Source: Octopus sinensis
Taxonomy: Eukaryota
Direction of reading: 5' to 3'
NCBI RefSeq assembly: GCF_006345805.1
Contig: NC_043000.1
Coordinates: 119,970,001 to 120,034,000 of the forward strand
Length of the DNA stretch: 64,000 nucleotides
The notes beneath the pieces are model-generated. The model did not search any database, had not been told where the DNA came from, and saw only the letters and a list, made by a program, of their open reading frames with translations. Of this stretch, positions 50,346 through 62,199 are shown piece by piece. A program made the position numbers and the translations under genes. How positions within the stretch are numbered: the stretch's first letter is position 1; each line of letters opens with the position of its first letter.

Positions 50346-51534
50346 CACTGATGTCACTCTCGGGTTGTTTTGGGTGAAAGAATAGAACACATATGTAAAT
50401 ACATCGAAAAGGAACCAACATCAGTACTCCTGTAATAAGTCAGACGTAAACATATTTGTTAGATAAACAACAGTAAATTAAAACAATCGTTTCTGCATTT
50501 CTGCACGATACGATACTATGACAAGTTACACAGTTAATACACATACTAGACGTGGTATTTGAACCCTGAAGGGGAAATATGACTAGAATAACATCCCTCA
50601 CCACCACACCTCAAACGTAAGTTCTATCACTAATACAGCAGCCCAAACACAAACTAACAAGAAAAATAACAATTTTTAATACATAATCTACAATAATGTA
50701 AAATAAAGGATTAACTTATTATACATGTATGTGCATGTGTGCGAACAAATGGAAATGTGTATGTATAAAAATAAACTTGGATAAATATTTGTGATGAGAC
50801 ATGTCAATAAGTGTTACCAACATTTTTTAATGTTGCGACAAAATCTGTTAGTTGTGGAATTTCGGTACTTTCAGGAGTTACGCCAGTTTGGAAGCTAATA
50901 AGTGGATGACGGTTTTTCAGGGTCGTCCGTCTGCCTTCCAGAATTGAATCCTGTTGGGCCCCTACTTTACATGGGTAGGAAATGTTTTAGCACAGTTGTT
51001 TTGGTGCCATCTATTTGGCGTCATTGATCCAATGCTGGCTTATCTGACATCAAACATTTGAATGCTTCTGTCTTCCACTCTGTCTGTCTGTCTGTCTGTC
51101 TTTCTCTCTCTCTGTCTTTGTGTGTGAGCAGAGAGAAAGCATTTATGCCAATCATGTTCAATTAATAAATTGTAATCAATGCCTCTCTCTCTCTCTCTCT
51201 CCCTATGTGTATATTTCTTCACATGTGTGTATGTGTGAGCTTGCCTCCAGCACCAAAACGTGCTGTTGCCAAAATAGGCTGAATGTCCAGTCAGTTGTGC
51301 CAAATTGTCGGCATCCAAACAGCTGCACTCAATCATCTCATTAGCTGTATAGTTTATTTAGGGTTGATAAAAGTAAGCCTCAGAAATATATGGGAGCTAA
51401 TTCAAGTAACCACATGTCCTCTTTTGTAGAGCTTCCTTTGTATCTCATTGCAAACAATTAGTATATTTAGTGGGCGTAAAGATAAACTCTAGCAAGACTA
51501 AATCTGTGGCCTGGTTTTATTTCCTAGTGCGTAT

Positions 51535-51750
51535 GTTTGTGTGTCTGTGTTTGTCCCCCACCCCCAACATCGCTTGACAACCGATGCTGGTGTGTTTACG
51601 TCCCCATAACTTAGCGGTTTGGTAAAAGAGACCAATAGAATAAGTACTAGGCTTACAATGAATAAGTCCTGGGGTTGATTTGCTCGACTAAAGGCAGTGC
51701 TCCAGCATGGCCACAGTCAAATGACTGAAACAAGTAAAAGAGTAAAAGAG
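51535..51750 (+). mobile_element. SINE family A, 3' half
   Basis: ccaacatcgcttgacaaccgatgctgg...gtaaaagagtaaaagag. Confidence 0.88.
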
Positions 51751-51909
51751 ATTGGTTCTTCTTTATGGAGCTATTGACTTTCCATCTACATCACATGACC
51801 AAACCAGCGCGATCCTCTCACTTGCACATGTGGTTAAGAAGTGTGCTTCCCAACCATGTGGCCTTGGGTTCAGTCCCACTTTCACACAGTTCCTTTTCAC
51901 TATTTTTAC

Positions 51910-52325
51910 TAAATTCACTCACCTATTTCTTTACTACCCACAAGGGGCTAAACACAGAGAGGACAAACAAATGGATTAAAGCGATTATATCAACTCCAGT
52001 GCATAACTGGTACTTATATAATCGACCCCAAAAGGATGAAAGGCAAAGTCGACCTCGGCAGAATTTGAACTCAGAACATAAAGACAGACGAAATACCTAT
52101 TTCTTTACTACCCACAAGGGGCTAAACATAGAGTGGATAAACAAGGACAGACAAATGGATTAAGCTGATTATATCAACCCTAGTGCATAACTGGTACTTA
52201 TTTAATCGACCCCGAAAGGATGAAAGGCAAAATCGACCTCGGCGGAATTTGAACTCAGAACGTAATGACAGACGAAATACGGCTACGCATTTCGCTTGGC
52301 ATGCTTACATTTCTGCCAGCTAGCT
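51910..52325 (-). mobile_element. SINE family B with duplicated 3' block
   Basis: tttctttactacccacaaggggctaaaca occurs twice. Confidence 0.88.
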
Positions 52326-52937
52326 GCCTTTGAAATTCACTCACCTGGCAGTTGTTGGCCCAGAGCTATAGTAGAAGACCGTTGTCCAAGGTGCTGCATA
52401 GCAGGCCTGAACCTAAAACCACATGGTTGCCAAATTGGCTTCCTAACCACACTGCCATGTCTGTGTATTGTTAGTATTATTCGGGTCTCAGCTCTTTCTA
52501 CACTGATTACATGTTTTTGCTAGATTAACATGATCAGTTTCCTAGAGCGTGTGAAATTAATGAGATATCACTCAGACCAAGGATCAATGTATGCACAACC
52601 AAACCGTTACTCCAATCATTAAATTCACATGCATGTTCCCATTTACTCTTCTGTCAACTATTTATCATTATTTCTGCTATTTTGCTTGATAGTAAGGGGC
52701 CGCTCTCTGGCATTCATGAAATTAATTCCAAGGATAATTAATTAATTACAGAAATTTTGAAAGTTTTCAAGGTGCAGGTAAAGGCTATGTGATTAAGAAG
52801 CTTGCTTTGCAAAGGTATGGATTGGAGTTTCGTTTCACTGCATGGCACCTTGGGTAAGTGCACATGTGCGACAGAGTGCCAGTATATTGACAGAAAAGTT
52901 GGGCTTAAAAGGAATTAGATTTTGTGTGTAGGGGACA

Positions 52938-53253
52938 CAAAATACAAATATATGGTAAACTACCACCTGTATCATCCAAAATACAAATATATGGTAAACT
53001 ACCACCTGTATCATCTCTTGTGAAAGGTAGAAGAGTCCAGTTTGCTGGACATTGTTGTAGAGCTGAAAATGAGGTAATTTCTACTCTTCTCCTCTGGAAG
53101 TCATCTGCTCGCGATACTCTCCTACCCTGATGTAATGTCCAGGGATACAGGCATCCAGCAACAGGACCTCCGTAATGCTATGATGGACCGTGAAGTCTGG
53201 TGTAACATAGTAAATTCCATTGTCTCGACCACGGTCGAACAATGATGATGATG
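52938..53253 (+). mobile_element. RTE-clade LINE 3' fragment with an exact 39-bp tandem duplication at its 5' end
   Basis: KIQIYGKLPPVSS x2, then LVKGRRVQFAGHCCRAENEVISTLLLW...AMMDREVW, with a tgatgatgatg tail. Confidence 0.85.
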
Positions 53254-53466
53254 TCCTGGTTTGGTTATGTGAGGCATATGGTTATAGACAGTTGCATACT
53301 GGATTGCTGATCCCTTAAAGTGGACAGAATTTGTAGGAGAGGGAGACACAGGAAGAGATGGAACGAAGTATTAAAAGCCAGTTCCAAGGCACTGAGCCTT
53401 ACAAAGGAGATGACAATGGACCGAGATGTCTAGTGCTTTGCTGTATTCAAGGAGATCTATCTTCCA

Positions 53467-53675
53467 GGCGGCGAGCTGGCAGAAGATAGCAGTATTTTGT
53501 CTGTCTTTACGTTCTGAGTTCAAATTCCGCCGAGGTCAACTTTGCCTTTCATCCTTTCAGGGTTGATTAAATAAGTACCAGTTACGCACTGGGGTCGATA
53601 TAATCGACTTATTCTCCTGTCTCTCCTTATTTGTCCCCTCTATGTTTAGCCCTCTGTGGGCAATAAAGAAATATA
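53467..53675 (+). mobile_element. SINE family B
   Basis: ggcggcgagctggcagaag...gcctttcatcctttcaggg. Confidence 0.88.
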
Positions 53676-53689
53676 TCTTCCACAGCAGA

Positions 53690-53968
53690 ATTGCTACTTG
53701 TGCTGGGGCCACTTGAAAAGCACTGATGCAGGTGTTGCATACAAAGCACTGATGCTGGTGTCGTGTTAAAAGCACTGGTGTTGGTGCCACATAAAAAGCA
53801 TCCCGTACACTCTGTGGAGAGGTGGTCATTAGGAAGGGCATCCGGCCACAGAAACCATGCCAGAACAGACAATTGGAGCCTGGTGCAACACTGGGCCTTA
53901 CCAGTTCCTGTCAAACCATCAAACCCATACCAGCATGGAAAGCAAGCATTAAATGATGATGATGATGA
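53690..53968 (+). mobile_element. RTE 3' tail fragment, old
   Basis: ttaggaagggcatccggcc...cattaaatgatgatgatg. Confidence 0.8.
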
Positions 53969-54015
53969 TATATATATTTATACTTATATACATATATGCA
54001 TGCATGCATGCACAC

Positions 54016-54046
<31 letters not shown>

Positions 54047-54589
54047 TGCATGCATACATACATATATACATACATACACACACACATACATACATACACA
54101 CATACATAGTCATACATACACACACACACACACATGCAGTCATACATACATACATACATACATTTCTAGCAATGTAGATGTTTTTTAACATCCTAGTCAC
54201 ATTTAGCGACAATTATAATTCTCTCTTGTTTATATTAATTTTGTGTATAAATATTAGTGAATCGCCAAATCATCCTTTAACTTGGATGATGAAACCATAA
54301 ATACTAATAGAGAAATGGATCCGGAAGAAGCCAAACACTGTGCTGGCTTAAGAGATGAGGCAATGGAAATTGCCGAAAATGATGTCAGTCTTAAGATGTT
54401 GGCATGTTTTTGGACAATTATGGTCCCTGTTATGTTAGAGTATATGTTTTCATTCAGGTGTGTTAACTACAGTATTAGAGTGGTTTAGCTCTTATTTCTA
54501 GCAATGTAGGTGTCTTTTAACACCCTAGTCACATTTAATGACAAATATAATTCTCCTTTTTGGAGGGTTATTGCAACCTGCTTAATATC

Positions 54590-55170
54590 GTAGCTGTGAC
54601 CAGTGCCCCCTAACTGGCTCCTGTGCTGGTGGCACATAACAAGAACCATCTGAACATGGTCGATGCCTGGCCTGTCTGCTGGCTTCCATGCTGGTGGCAC
54701 ATAATAAGCACCATCCAAACCTGGCCGATGCCAGTGCCTCCTGACTGGCTCCCATGCCTGTGGCATGTAAAAAGCACCATCCAAACCTGACCAATGACGA
54801 TGACTCCCACTCTTCAGTAAACCCCCAAAACTGTCGAATACTCTTTTTGTGTATAAATATTAGTGAATCACTAAATCATCCATGCAGGTGGCATGTAAAA
54901 AACACCTTTTGAGCATGATCATTAACAGTACTGCCTGCTGGCCACTGTGCTGGTGGCATGTAAAAAGCACTATCCAAACGTGTCCAATGCTGGGCCTGCC
55001 TGACTGGCTCCTGTGCCAGTGTCATGTAAAAAGCACCCACTATACTCTCGGAGTGGTTGGCATTAGGAAGGGCATCCAGCTGTAGAAACATTGCTAGGTC
55101 AGATTGGAACCTGATGCAGCTGCTGGCTCTCCAGACCTCAGTCAAACTATCCAGTTCATGTCAGCATGGA
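54590..55170 (+). mobile_element. RTE 3' UTR tandem-repeat and tail fragments
   Basis: Repeated actggctcc..tggcatgtaaaaagcac units; tail at 55050-55170. Confidence 0.75.
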
Positions 55171-55179
55171 ATATATATA

Positions 55180-55219
<40 letters not shown>

Positions 55220-55416
55220 TGAATTAATTATCCTATGTTATCGTCAGCATGGAAAATTCGTTTAACCGAAACCTGGGTAGCAAATTCACATCAGAAACGC
55301 AGTTGAAGCAACCTGTCCAAGGGTAGAAACTCCGGGTTCATGTGCAGAAATTTGTGTGTTGTATATGAATAAATGAAAGAATGGAGTCGAACGAAGATGT
55401 TAACAAAATTCCTTTA

Positions 55417-55498
55417 CTCTCGACATATTTTTCGAAGACAGCATGTTTTCATTCCAAAGGAATAAAGGGTGCATTATGCAATCTTCTCTTCAGGAAAG
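55417..55498 (-). ncRNA. Type I hammerhead motif, canonical core, expanded loop II
   Basis: ctttc|CTGAAGA|gaaga-(43 nt)-tcttc|GAAA|aatatg|TC|gagag; helix III palindrome broken by one substitution. Confidence 0.7.
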
Positions 55499-55671
55499 AA
55501 AGGGAGCCTCTCTCGACAAGACAAACAAAAATTACGATGACTGCCTACATGGTAAACAAAACGATAATGAGTGTTTTTAAAAAAAAACTGTGAGAAGAAT
55601 TGACGTCAAAGATAGATTGTAGGAAGAGAAGGGTTAAAGGAATAATAGGTAGGGAATAGGTAGTGAACATC

Positions 55672-55751
55672 TTCCTGATGAGAAGATTGCATAATGCACC
55701 CTTTATTCCTTTGGAATGAAAACATGCTGTCTTTGAAACATATGTCGAGAG
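55672..55751 (+). ncRNA. Type I hammerhead motif, canonical core, expanded loop II (mirror copy)
   Basis: ttc|CTGATGA|gaaga-(43 nt)-tcttt|GAAA|catatg|TC|gagag; perfect palindromic helix III, short stem I. Confidence 0.72.
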
Positions 55752-55798
55752 TAAAGGAATTTTGTTAACATCTTCGTTCGACTCCATTCTTTCATTTA

Positions 55799-55844
<46 letters not shown>

Positions 55845-56019
55845 TATATAATGGAATAAAAGCAACCAAAGCAAAGATAATGAGACCAACAATTTTAAAA
55901 AATTATTACTGAGAAGAGGATGAAGATGCAGATTCCATGAGATATGCAGACTTTCCCAGTACTTTTTAGATCAACATGGCAAGGGTTATGGAGTAAAGAT
56001 TATTTGCCAGCATAACCTG

Positions 56020-56214
56020 GCAGTCCTGGTTTAGGACTAATGTTGCTGTAATTTAGCCCCAGGAGACCTTGTCTCCAACATGATCTGTGTCCTTATATTT
56101 TCAAACAAGGGAATCTAGCACCCCAACTCAGCTCAAAATAATATCTGTATATCATGATTTCTGGGTTATTGCTCTTCATCAGCAGTCCTGGTTTAGGATG
56201 AATGTTGCTATAAT
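56020..56214 (-). mobile_element. 162-bp tandem-unit repeat with a hammerhead-like motif at 56145-56186
   Basis: Direct repeat gcagtcctggtttagga..aatgttgct.taat at 56020 and 56182. Minus strand reads actg|CTGATGA|agagcaataaccca|GAAA|tcatga|TA. Confidence 0.5.
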
Positions 56215-56324
56215 CTCGTTGTGAGATTTACAAATAGTAATTTTGCATGGCAAGGATTAGATTTGAAATTCTTTAAGAAAAACTTCAAAGAGAAGTTCAG
56301 GGAAATGGTCTGGCAGAACTTTTT

Positions 56325-56662
56325 ATTCTTTTATTCTTTTATTTGTTTGTGGCCATTCTAGGGCACAACCTTCAAGAATTTTAGTTAAACTAATCACCCC
56401 CCAGCACTTTTAGTTTTTGAAGCCTGAAACTTATTCTATTATTCTCTTTTGCTGAACTGCTAAGTTACAGGAACATTAACACACCAACACACTCATGCAT
56501 GCATGCACACAAACACACATACACGCAGTGGGCTTTTACCGTATCTGTTTGTCAAATTTACTCACAGTAGAAGACTCTCACTCAAGGTGCCACACTGTGG
56601 AACTGAACCTGAAATCATTTGGTTGCAAAATAAACTTCTTAACTACACAACCATGCCTGCCT
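56325..56662 (-). mobile_element. SINE family A, old degenerate copy
   Basis: Family motifs recognisable with many substitutions. Confidence 0.7.
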
Positions 56663-57254
56663 CCAACCTGTGCCTGCAACTTGAAGATAATTAGCAAAGT
56701 TGTTGTTATTATTTCGGGGCAACACGGCCCTAATTGAGCAGACACATGACCAACAAGATTTTAGCCAAAACAACCCCATATTGTCCTTTGTAGTGTACGT
56801 TGGACTACATCATCTAATGTTTCCATTCTAAATCTTGTAGGATGTAATTAAGGAAAACATGGCTGTTATTTCTAGCAGGTCAAGCAATTGCATTCAGGTT
56901 CCATCATCAACCATGTTTATTTACTTGCCAGAAATGTTGCGCAGGGATGCCAAAGATCTTGCCATCAGCAAAGTCAATGATGATGATTATGATGACGACG
57001 ACGATGTTGACGATGATGACAGTGATGAGGATTTCTTTTATAATTATAAGATTTCTTTTATAATTATAAGAATCTTTAGAAATTTCTAAAGTTATTGATG
57101 AATACATTCATAAGATCGCAAACTGTAATTAAAAGACAATGTTAAATTGAAATTGTTTCCATGTTTCTATTTAGAAAAATAAAACCAAGTAATAACAATG
57201 ATAATAATGATGATCATAATAATAATAATAATAATGATAATAATATTGCAGTAC

Positions 57255-57797
57255 CAGACTGGCTCTCTCATGTATGCTGATCATAAGTGATTGGAAGTGT
57301 TATCATATACATTGTTTTGTCTTGGTATAAAAGATGGGCTACAGCAAATATTCTGCTCAATACCACAGATTTGCTTGTCAGTTGTTTGACCATAACCAGT
57401 TGAGCATGTCCCTTAGTGGCTGACAATATGTGCATCTCTGATCACGAGCAGAAGTATTGGGGGAGCATCATAGCCATGTATTGAGAGGGATTCTTTGGGG
57501 TTTGAATAATTAATTCATCTTTGGAAACATGGGTGGTTCGTTCAACATCCTTAAACAATCCTTATTCAGGGACCTTTTGAGCAGGATGGGTTACTCGACC
57601 GAAAGAAAATGCTAACTGGGCCCCACCTGCAAGGTCATGTGCTGTTTATCTTGATATGAGATCACTATGTTGCACACATATGGTTGTGATGCATGTGCCT
57701 GGTGTACCCTTATCAGATGCGTAGTCATGATAGGTATACTGGGCTTCATATATTTTACCCCAGTGTCACTTTGATGGCATGTGCTGCTCTCTCACTC

Positions 57798-57834
<37 letters not shown>

Positions 57835-57835
57835 T
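57255..57835 (+). mobile_element. Unclassified interspersed repeat with (AAT)n tail, possibly a LINE 3' UTR
   Basis: A ~50-bp piece (ttgttttgtct..gtataaaagatgggctacagcaaatattctgctcaata) recurs at ~35493-35543; ends in (aat)n. Confidence 0.5.
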
Positions 57836-59546
57836 TGATGATGATAATTATAGAATAGGAGAAAGAAGAGACCTGTTAACTATGATATCCAGTTTTAACT
57901 TGGTTTTAGAAGTATTGTCTGAATCAGCTTATTGACTTTAGCATTCAAGGTACATCATTTGTTCTAATAGCTGCCCTTAGTTTTGTTCATTAGTAACACA
58001 GGTGATATTGACGAACAAACAGAATTTATTGGAAGGAACTGCGTGCTTTTGTGTTTTCTAATGAGTATTAACTAAATGGCTGAATACCAACTCCTAGCTC
58101 CTAATCAGATGTTAAACTCAGCTGAATGGGATTCATTTATAGAGGATTCGACAGTTTTTGGGACATTGATGTCTGTTTTCCATGCTGGCATGGGTTGGAC
58201 AGTTTGATAGGAAGTGGCAAGTCAGAGTACTGCATCAGTCCTTGGTGTTTGCTTTGGTATGGTTTCAGCTACAGCTGGATGCCCTCCTTAATGCCAACCA
58301 CTTTAGAAAGTGTACTGGGTACTTTTTATGTGGCACCGGTACTGGTCAGGTCACCAAGTAATTAGGGGAGGGTAGTGCTTAGGGACAGAGAAAAGGAGTC
58401 TTGCATTAGAAGGGAACATGGCTGCCTGTAGTGATGAAAGAGTTGAGAGAGAGAGAAGGAGAGGAATCAACTAATAAAGTCAAAACCACACCACCAAATC
58501 CACATATGAAGAAAACTATAGTATTAGTGTATATGCAGATCATTATCATCATTATCATAATCATCGTCATCGTATGTCTCTGCCATGCTGGCATGGGTGG
58601 GTTAGTTGGTTTGTCAGGAGCTGGTAAGCCAGAGGACTGCACTAAGCTCCATTATCTGTTCTGGCATGGTTTCCACAGTTGGATGCCTTTCATACACATA
58701 TATATATATATTTATATATACACGTATTCTTTATTTGTGGGTCAACAAGGATACCACTGGTTTCATGCCAAGAATTCTCAGCAATTATCAAGCCTGCCAC
58801 ATAGTGACCTAGTATGGTTGCGGACCAATGACTGAAACAAGTCACTCGTTAAACCACAAATAAAGAACATTTATCCACCAATGCGGTGTTGAGCACTCAT
58901 TCTCACTCTTTCATATTAGCTTATATACACTTACATATATAGTTTAATATGATTGATGGTATCTTAGAAATTATTGAAAGATAAATCAATAATTTGCAGT
59001 TTAATATGTAGAATATTGGCTCCAATCAATTTCTGAAGAATCTGAAAGTTAGCTATCTCTGTCTGTCTCTTTGTCTGTCTGTTTGTCTCTGTGTGTGAAT
59101 GTGTCTCTCTTTCTCTCTCTCTTTTTCTCTTATCCACTTGGTTGTTCTGAGATAATTATGTTTCAATGTTGACTTCATACTACTATTTTTCATGTTTCAT
59201 GATTGAAAGAGCTATGGGAGATGACTGAAAAGAAAAGAAATGAAAATATCTGATGAAATTTCAGAATGCTGAATCTACATATCTGTATATTAAACATATA
59301 TATATATACATATATATATATGTGCTATCGATTAAAGTTTCTGACCTATTTTGTTAATATTGTCAGTAAGAAGATTTGAGATCATAAAGAGAAAGCCGGA
59401 ATGTGTTTGCATTTATTGCGTTATGATGCCAAACAGTGCAGAGTGCATATGTTCCTGCAAATGTGGATTCTTACGCACGTTTTTCTTGAACTCCTTAGAA
59501 AAGATGAACTTGTAATTTAGTTTTAATTCTCTTTGTTGTTACGTGT

Positions 59547-59593
<47 letters not shown>

Positions 59594-59654
59594 CCAACAA
59601 CGAGAATAGAGAATTAAAACCAAAACCAAATTATACATGCACACACACATATAG

Positions 59655-59701
<47 letters not shown>

Positions 59702-60299
59702 CGTCACCCTCATCCCTCATTGTCCATTTTCCATGTTGATGTGTGTGTGTGTGCGTGCATGTGTGCGTGTATACAATTGTGTGTTTTTATTATTGTATTT
59801 ATAGTATACATACATACATGCATACATATATATACATACATACATGCATACATATATACATACATACAAACATACATACATGCAAACAAACAAATAAATA
59901 AATAAAAAAAAGAGTGTTATTGTCTGCGAGATCTCTATGGTAGCAGAACAATACAAAGGCCAACAGAAAAGGAACAAAGTTTAAGAAATAAGGTTTTAAT
60001 ATTTCAGGCATTAGTCCTTCATCAGAAGTAAGAAAGAGTGAAAATTGGAGCGAATAAAAAAGGGAGATAATCAATGCTAAAAAAATGTGTGAACAGTTAT
60101 ATCATCATCATCATCATCATCATCAAATGTCCATTTTCCCTGCTGGCATGAGTTAGGGGGTTTGACACGAGCTGACCAGCTGAAGGGCTGTCCAGGCTCC
60201 ATTTCTGTTTTGGCAAGCTACTTACCACAGCCACATTTTACTTGGCATGCTATCGATTTGGCCAGCTTGCTCCCTTAATTCTCTTAATATTGATTTCAA

Positions 60300-60735
60300 A
60301 TAAGGCAGCGAGCTGGCAGAAACATTAGCATGTCGGGCGAAATGCTTAGAGGTATTTCCTCTGTCTTTACGTTCTGAGCTCAAATTCTGCTGAGGTCAGC
60401 TTTGCCTTTCATCCTTTTGGGTTTGATAAATTCAGTACCTGCTGCATACTGAGGTCGATCTAATCAACTGGCTCCCTCTCTTCAAATTTCGGGCTTTGAG
60501 CCTAGAGTAGAAAGGAATATAAGGCAGCAAGCTGGCAGAAGCGTTAGCACACCGGGTGAAATGCTTAGCGGTGTTTCGTCTGTCTTTACCTTCTGAGTTC
60601 AAATTCCACCAAGGTCGACTTTACCTTTCATCCTTTTGGGGTCGATAAATTTAGTACCAGTTGCATACTGGGTCAATCTAATCAACTGGCCCCCTTCTCC
60701 CAAAATTTCGGGCCTTGTGCCTAGAGTAGAAAAGA
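60300..60735 (+). mobile_element. Two tandem SINE family B copies
   Basis: aaggcagc.agctggcagaa starts at ~60302 and ~60521. Confidence 0.85.
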
Positions 60736-61620
60736 ATACTGATTTCGAATTTTGGTACAAGACCAGATTTTTTTTGTGGTGGGTGTAAGTCAATTCCATC
60801 AACCCTTAGTGCTTGACTGGTACTTACATTATTAATCCTGAAAGGATAAGAGGCAGAGTCATCATTGGCAGAATTTGAACTCAGACGGATGAAATACCTC
60901 TGAGCATTTTGCCTGGCATGCTAACGATGCTGCCAGATTGCTGCCTTAATTCTCTTATTGACATTGAGAAGAAAAATATTACAATTCCTGTAATTTCTTT
61001 TTCCTTGTTTGTTTTTCTATGAACGCTGCTATTAAATAACATCAGTGTTTCTTACACAAGAAATAAATACTTATTGAAAGGGTATTGTCCGCATTATTTG
61101 TATCCTCTTCTTTTTTTCTATTGTTGTTAACCTATTTCTAAGTTTTGTGTTGTGAAGTTTTACTGTGAATAATCACTTACACAATGTAACTTAACTAGTC
61201 AGTTCTGTAAGCCGTTGTCTAGAAATGTTTCTCTCCGCCTCCTTTGTATTCTTTCTCCCTGTTTGGCAAATGTTCTCTATTATATTGATGGCTATTGCAA
61301 TAGTATTTCTTTGGTCAAATGTCTTGGCAACGATCACCGTTTCTCAAACCGAGAGCAATTAACAAACACATTTAATATTTTCTCCTCTTCCTGACTTGTA
61401 GTTTTCCTTTATGAGTTTTAGTTCCTGGCAGAAGAATTGTTTCAGATTCTCACAGTTTTAAAGTACAGAAAATATCAAATTTTTGCCAAATGTTGCTGAA
61501 GAGTTGTGACATTACTGCTAGCAGTGACACGAGTGGTGGGGGAGTCTCGCATCACTATTGTTGGTTTCATATAAAGCAAAAACACCTGCGTAGTCTCTGT
61601 GCTTCAACTAGCACGCACAG

Positions 61621-62003
61621 CTCTTTTACTCTTTTACTTGTTTCAGTCATGTGACTGTGGCCATGATGGAGCACCGCCTTTAGTCAAGCAAATCGCCCCC
61701 AGGACGCATTCTTTGTAAGCCTAGTACTTATTCTATCGGTCTCTTTTGCCGAACTGCTAAGTTACGGCTACGTAAACACACCAGCATCGGTTGTCAAGCG
61801 ATGTTGGGGGGACAAATACATACACACATACATATATACGATGGACTTCTTTCAGTTTCTCTCTACCAAATCTACTCACAAGGCTTTGGTCGGCCCGTGG
61901 CTATAGTAGAAGACACTTGCCCAAGGTGCCATGCAGTGGGACTGAACCCGGAACCATGTGGTTGGTTAGCAAGCTACTTACCACACAACCACTCCTATGC
62001 CTA
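61621..62003 (-). mobile_element. SINE family A, full length
   Basis: Family match. Confidence 0.9.
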
Positions 62004-62199
62004 GGAGTTAGGTATCTTTATCTCTAGCTGTTAGGGATCTTTATCTCTAGCTGTTAGGGATCTTTATTTAATAGTCAAAATGTATTAACAAGAGTACTGG
62101 TTATAAGCAACTACTGTACTAATCCAGAGATTGTAAGTTCAGTTTCTGTTAATATCAGTAGATTCACACATTATATAATTTCTTTCCATCTTAAATTCC

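Larger units (their letters stand above)
55362..55806. repeat. Long inverted repeat (~135-bp arms, ~175-bp spacer) followed by (TA)n
   Basis: 55362-55496 mirrors 55672-55806; the ORF track shows the same peptide MESNEDVNKIPLLSTY on both strands. Confidence 0.93.

Noticed and set aside
3217-62003. tRNA genes
   Set aside because: All tRNA-like sequences are SINE heads running into SINE bodies, with no complete acceptor stem; no bona fide tRNA recognised.
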